A stretch of DNA of 64,000 nucleotides from an uncultured Actinomycetes bacterium (GTDB lineage Bacteria > Actinomycetota > Thermoleophilia > UBA2241). Positions 62,197-64,000 of the stretch are shown here, piece by piece (the stretch's first letter is position 1; every line of letters starts with the position of its first letter). The notes under the pieces are model-generated. The model had not been told where the DNA came from and did no database searches. It saw only the letters and a list, made by a program, of their open reading frames with translations. The position numbers were made by a program, and so were the translations under genes. The stretch covers positions 32,001 through 96,000 of the forward strand of contig CAVWIH010000028.1 of assembly GCA_963755025.1 (NCBI GenBank), in the 5' to 3' direction.

Positions 62197-62847
62197 GTGA
62201 CCGACGAACTCTACTCTCAGATGGCCCAGTCAGTGATCGACGGCGAAGACGACACCGCCGCCGCGCTGGCCCAGAAGGGCCTCGACGCCGGCCTCTCGGC
62301 CGCCGACATCCTCGACAAGGGCTTCGTCAAGGGCATCGAGCACGTCGGCGAGCTCTTCGGCAAGGGCGAGTTCTTCCTGCCCGAGCTGGTGCAGGGCGCC
62401 GAGGCCATGAAGGCCGCCGTGGCCGTCCTGCAGCCCGCCCTCGACGCCTCCAAAGAAGGCCGCAAGGCGACCGGCATCGCCGTGGCCGGCACCGTGGCCG
62501 GCGACATCCACGAGATCGGCAAGACCATCGTCTGCTCCATGCTCTCAGCGGCCGGCTTCGAGGTCACCGACGTGGGCTGCGACGTGGCCCCCGAGACCTT
62601 CGTCGCCAAGTGCGAAGAGGTCAAGCCCAACCTCCTGCTGCTCTCCGCCCTGCTGACCACCACCATGCCCAACCAGGCAAAGACCATCGAGGCCCTGAAG
62701 GCCGCCGGTCTGCGCGACTCCATCAAGGTCATGATCGGCGGCGCCCCCACGACGCGCGCCTGGGCCGACGAGATCGGCGCCGACGGCTACGCCGAAGACG
62801 CCATCGAGGCCGTAGCGGCCGCCAAGACCCTGCTGGGCGTGGCCTAA
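62197..62847 (+). CDS. Corrinoid (B12-binding) methyl-acceptor protein (MttC/MtgC-like)
   Basis: Cap FFLPEL...AEAM, B12 motif GDIHEIGK, SALLTTTM, IGGAP, IGADGY. AAGGAGG ribosome-binding site. Confidence 0.95.
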   Translation: MTDELYSQMAQSVIDGEDDTAAALAQKGLDAGLSAADILDKGFVKGIEHVGELFGKGEFFLPELVQGAEAMKAAVAVLQPALDASKEGRKATGIAVAGTVAGDIHEIGKTIVCSMLSAAGFEVTDVGCDVAPETFVAKCEEVKPNLLLLSALLTTTMPNQAKTIEALKAAGLRDSIKVMIGGAPTTRAWADEIGADGYAEDAIEAVAAAKTLLGVA

Positions 62848-62895
62848 GGGTCGACCGAGCTCTGCCCACTCGTGGGCAGACCCGTGGCAACGCTT

Positions 62896-62932
62896 GGGGG
62901 GCGGGCGGCGCGCAAGGCGCGCCGCCCGCCCC
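62896..62932 (+). terminator. GC-rich hairpin after the corrinoid protein gene
   Basis: ggggcgggcggcgcgc / gcgcgccgcccgcccc with a weak U-tract. Confidence 0.5.
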
Positions 62933-63011
62933 GCCGACTTCGGTCCACGACCCCGACGGGCTACCAGCGAGGTGAGCAAAACATGGCCGACCGGCGTAGA
63001 CTTCAGGCGCG

Positions 63012-64000
63012 ATGAGTGACCGTAGCGACATGCGCGCGCGCCTGCGCATCCAGCCCGCCGACGTCGAGGCCGTCAACGCCTTTCTGGCGAGCCCCGACAA
63101 CCCCTTTGTCGACAGCCTGCTCGACGTCGTCGACAAGTACGGCGGGGTCGATCAGATCAACCGCGCGGCCGACGAAGCCGGCAAGCTCGAGAACCGCTTG
63201 GCGCGGCTGCGCGATGAACGCTCGCCCTACCTTGCCGGCGTCGAGTGGCTCGCCGAGCAGCGTGATGCCGGGGCCTTCGTCCGCCTGTCCGACTACCGCC
63301 GCGAGGTCCTGGGGTCCGACGCCGAGACCGCAGCCGCGGGCGACGCACGGGCGGCGGCCGACGCAAGCGCCGACGTCAACGCCGTCACCCTCGAGATCAG
63401 CGCCCTGCAGTTCTTCCCCTGGCTCATGGCCGAGGCGCGCCAGGCCATCGAGAAGCGCGAGCTCATGCCCGGGCGCTTCATCCGCGAGCGCAACATGGCC
63501 GAGCAGTCTCGGCCGGGCGGCGACCTGCTGGCCGTCTGCGCGGCCATGCAGGTGATCGGCGCGAGCCACGTCGAGAGTCTCGACACGCGCGGCATCGACG
63601 GCGCCAACCTCATGGTCGGCCTCGAGACGATCGCCGGCTACTTTGGCGGCATCGGCGAGCCCAACGAGCACGTGCTGCACTGGGTCGACGAGTACCTGCA
63701 CTACCTCACCGACTACGGTGTGCGCGAGGTGCTCAACTTCAACATCGGCACCATCCTGGCGGCCTTCGTGCTGCGCAAGCTCGGCGTGCACAACCAGTTC
63801 AAGGTCTCGGTCTTCATGGGCATCGACAACCCCTGGTCGGTCTTCTGGCTGCTCATGGGCGCGCGCCTGCTGGGCGACGACGGCGCCACCAGCCTGAGCG
63901 GCATCAACTTCTCGAACTCGGCCGACTCCGAGACCCTGCGCGCCGCCTCGGCGGTGCGCGAGTCGCTCGGCCTGCGCGAGGCGGTGCGGTTCGAGCACCA
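63012..64000 (+). CDS. Large hypothetical protein, truncated by the window end (absent from the ORF track)
   Basis: ATG at 63012 opens a stop-free frame to the edge: MSDRSDMRARLRI...VTLEISALQFFPW...ELMPGRFIR...ESLDTRGIDGAN...GYFGGIGEPN...FKVSVFMGIDNP...INFSNS...VRFEH. Strong GC3 bias. Confidence 0.88.
   Translation, partial: MSDRSDMRARLRIQPADVEAVNAFLASPDNPFVDSLLDVVDKYGGVDQINRAADEAGKLENRLARLRDERSPYLAGVEWLAEQRDAGAFVRLSDYRREVLGSDAETAAAGDARAAADASADVNAVTLEISALQFFPWLMAEARQAIEKRELMPGRFIRERNMAEQSRPGGDLLAVCAAMQVIGASHVESLDTRGIDGANLMVGLETIAGYFGGIGEPNEHVLHWVDEYLHYLTDYGVREVLNFNIGTILAAFVLRKLGVHNQFKVSVFMGIDNPWSVFWLLMGARLLGDDGATSLSGINFSNSADSETLRAASAVRESLGLREAVRFEH

Overview
Very GC-rich bacterial DNA. Gene content and short or leaderless leaders suggest an actinobacterium, possibly a Thermoleophilia-like lineage; the taxonomy is inference. 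Left to right: (1) a phosphate-starvation island with two divergent pstS genes, a secreted IPT/TIG-repeat protein and pstCAB-phoU, where three promoters share 11-bp-periodic PHO-box-like arrays; (2) cell-wall hydrolases and rmlACDB; (3) housekeeping genes: an orphan OppA-like protein, rarA, a very long acidic YtxH-type protein, a catalytically degenerate M28-fold membrane protein, trpB2 with a Trp-codon leader peptide, and a nitrilase; (4) a large minus-strand surface-glycan locus split by a block carrying comA, a histidine phosphatase, LysR, pfpI and an IS481 element; (5) dedA, an in-frame homoserine kinase-archease fusion and rtcB; (6) a one-carbon/corrinoid cluster: fae and a beta-hydroxyacid dehydrogenase, divergent from Lrp, panB, an aminotransferase, two non-pyrrolysine MttB-family methyltransferases, a corrinoid protein and a large unknown ORF that runs off the window. 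Many genes carry single-base frameshifts, especially after 49.7 kb, most likely assembly indels. I recognised no rRNA, tRNA or CRISPR array. All product calls come from motif recognition by eye, with no database search.
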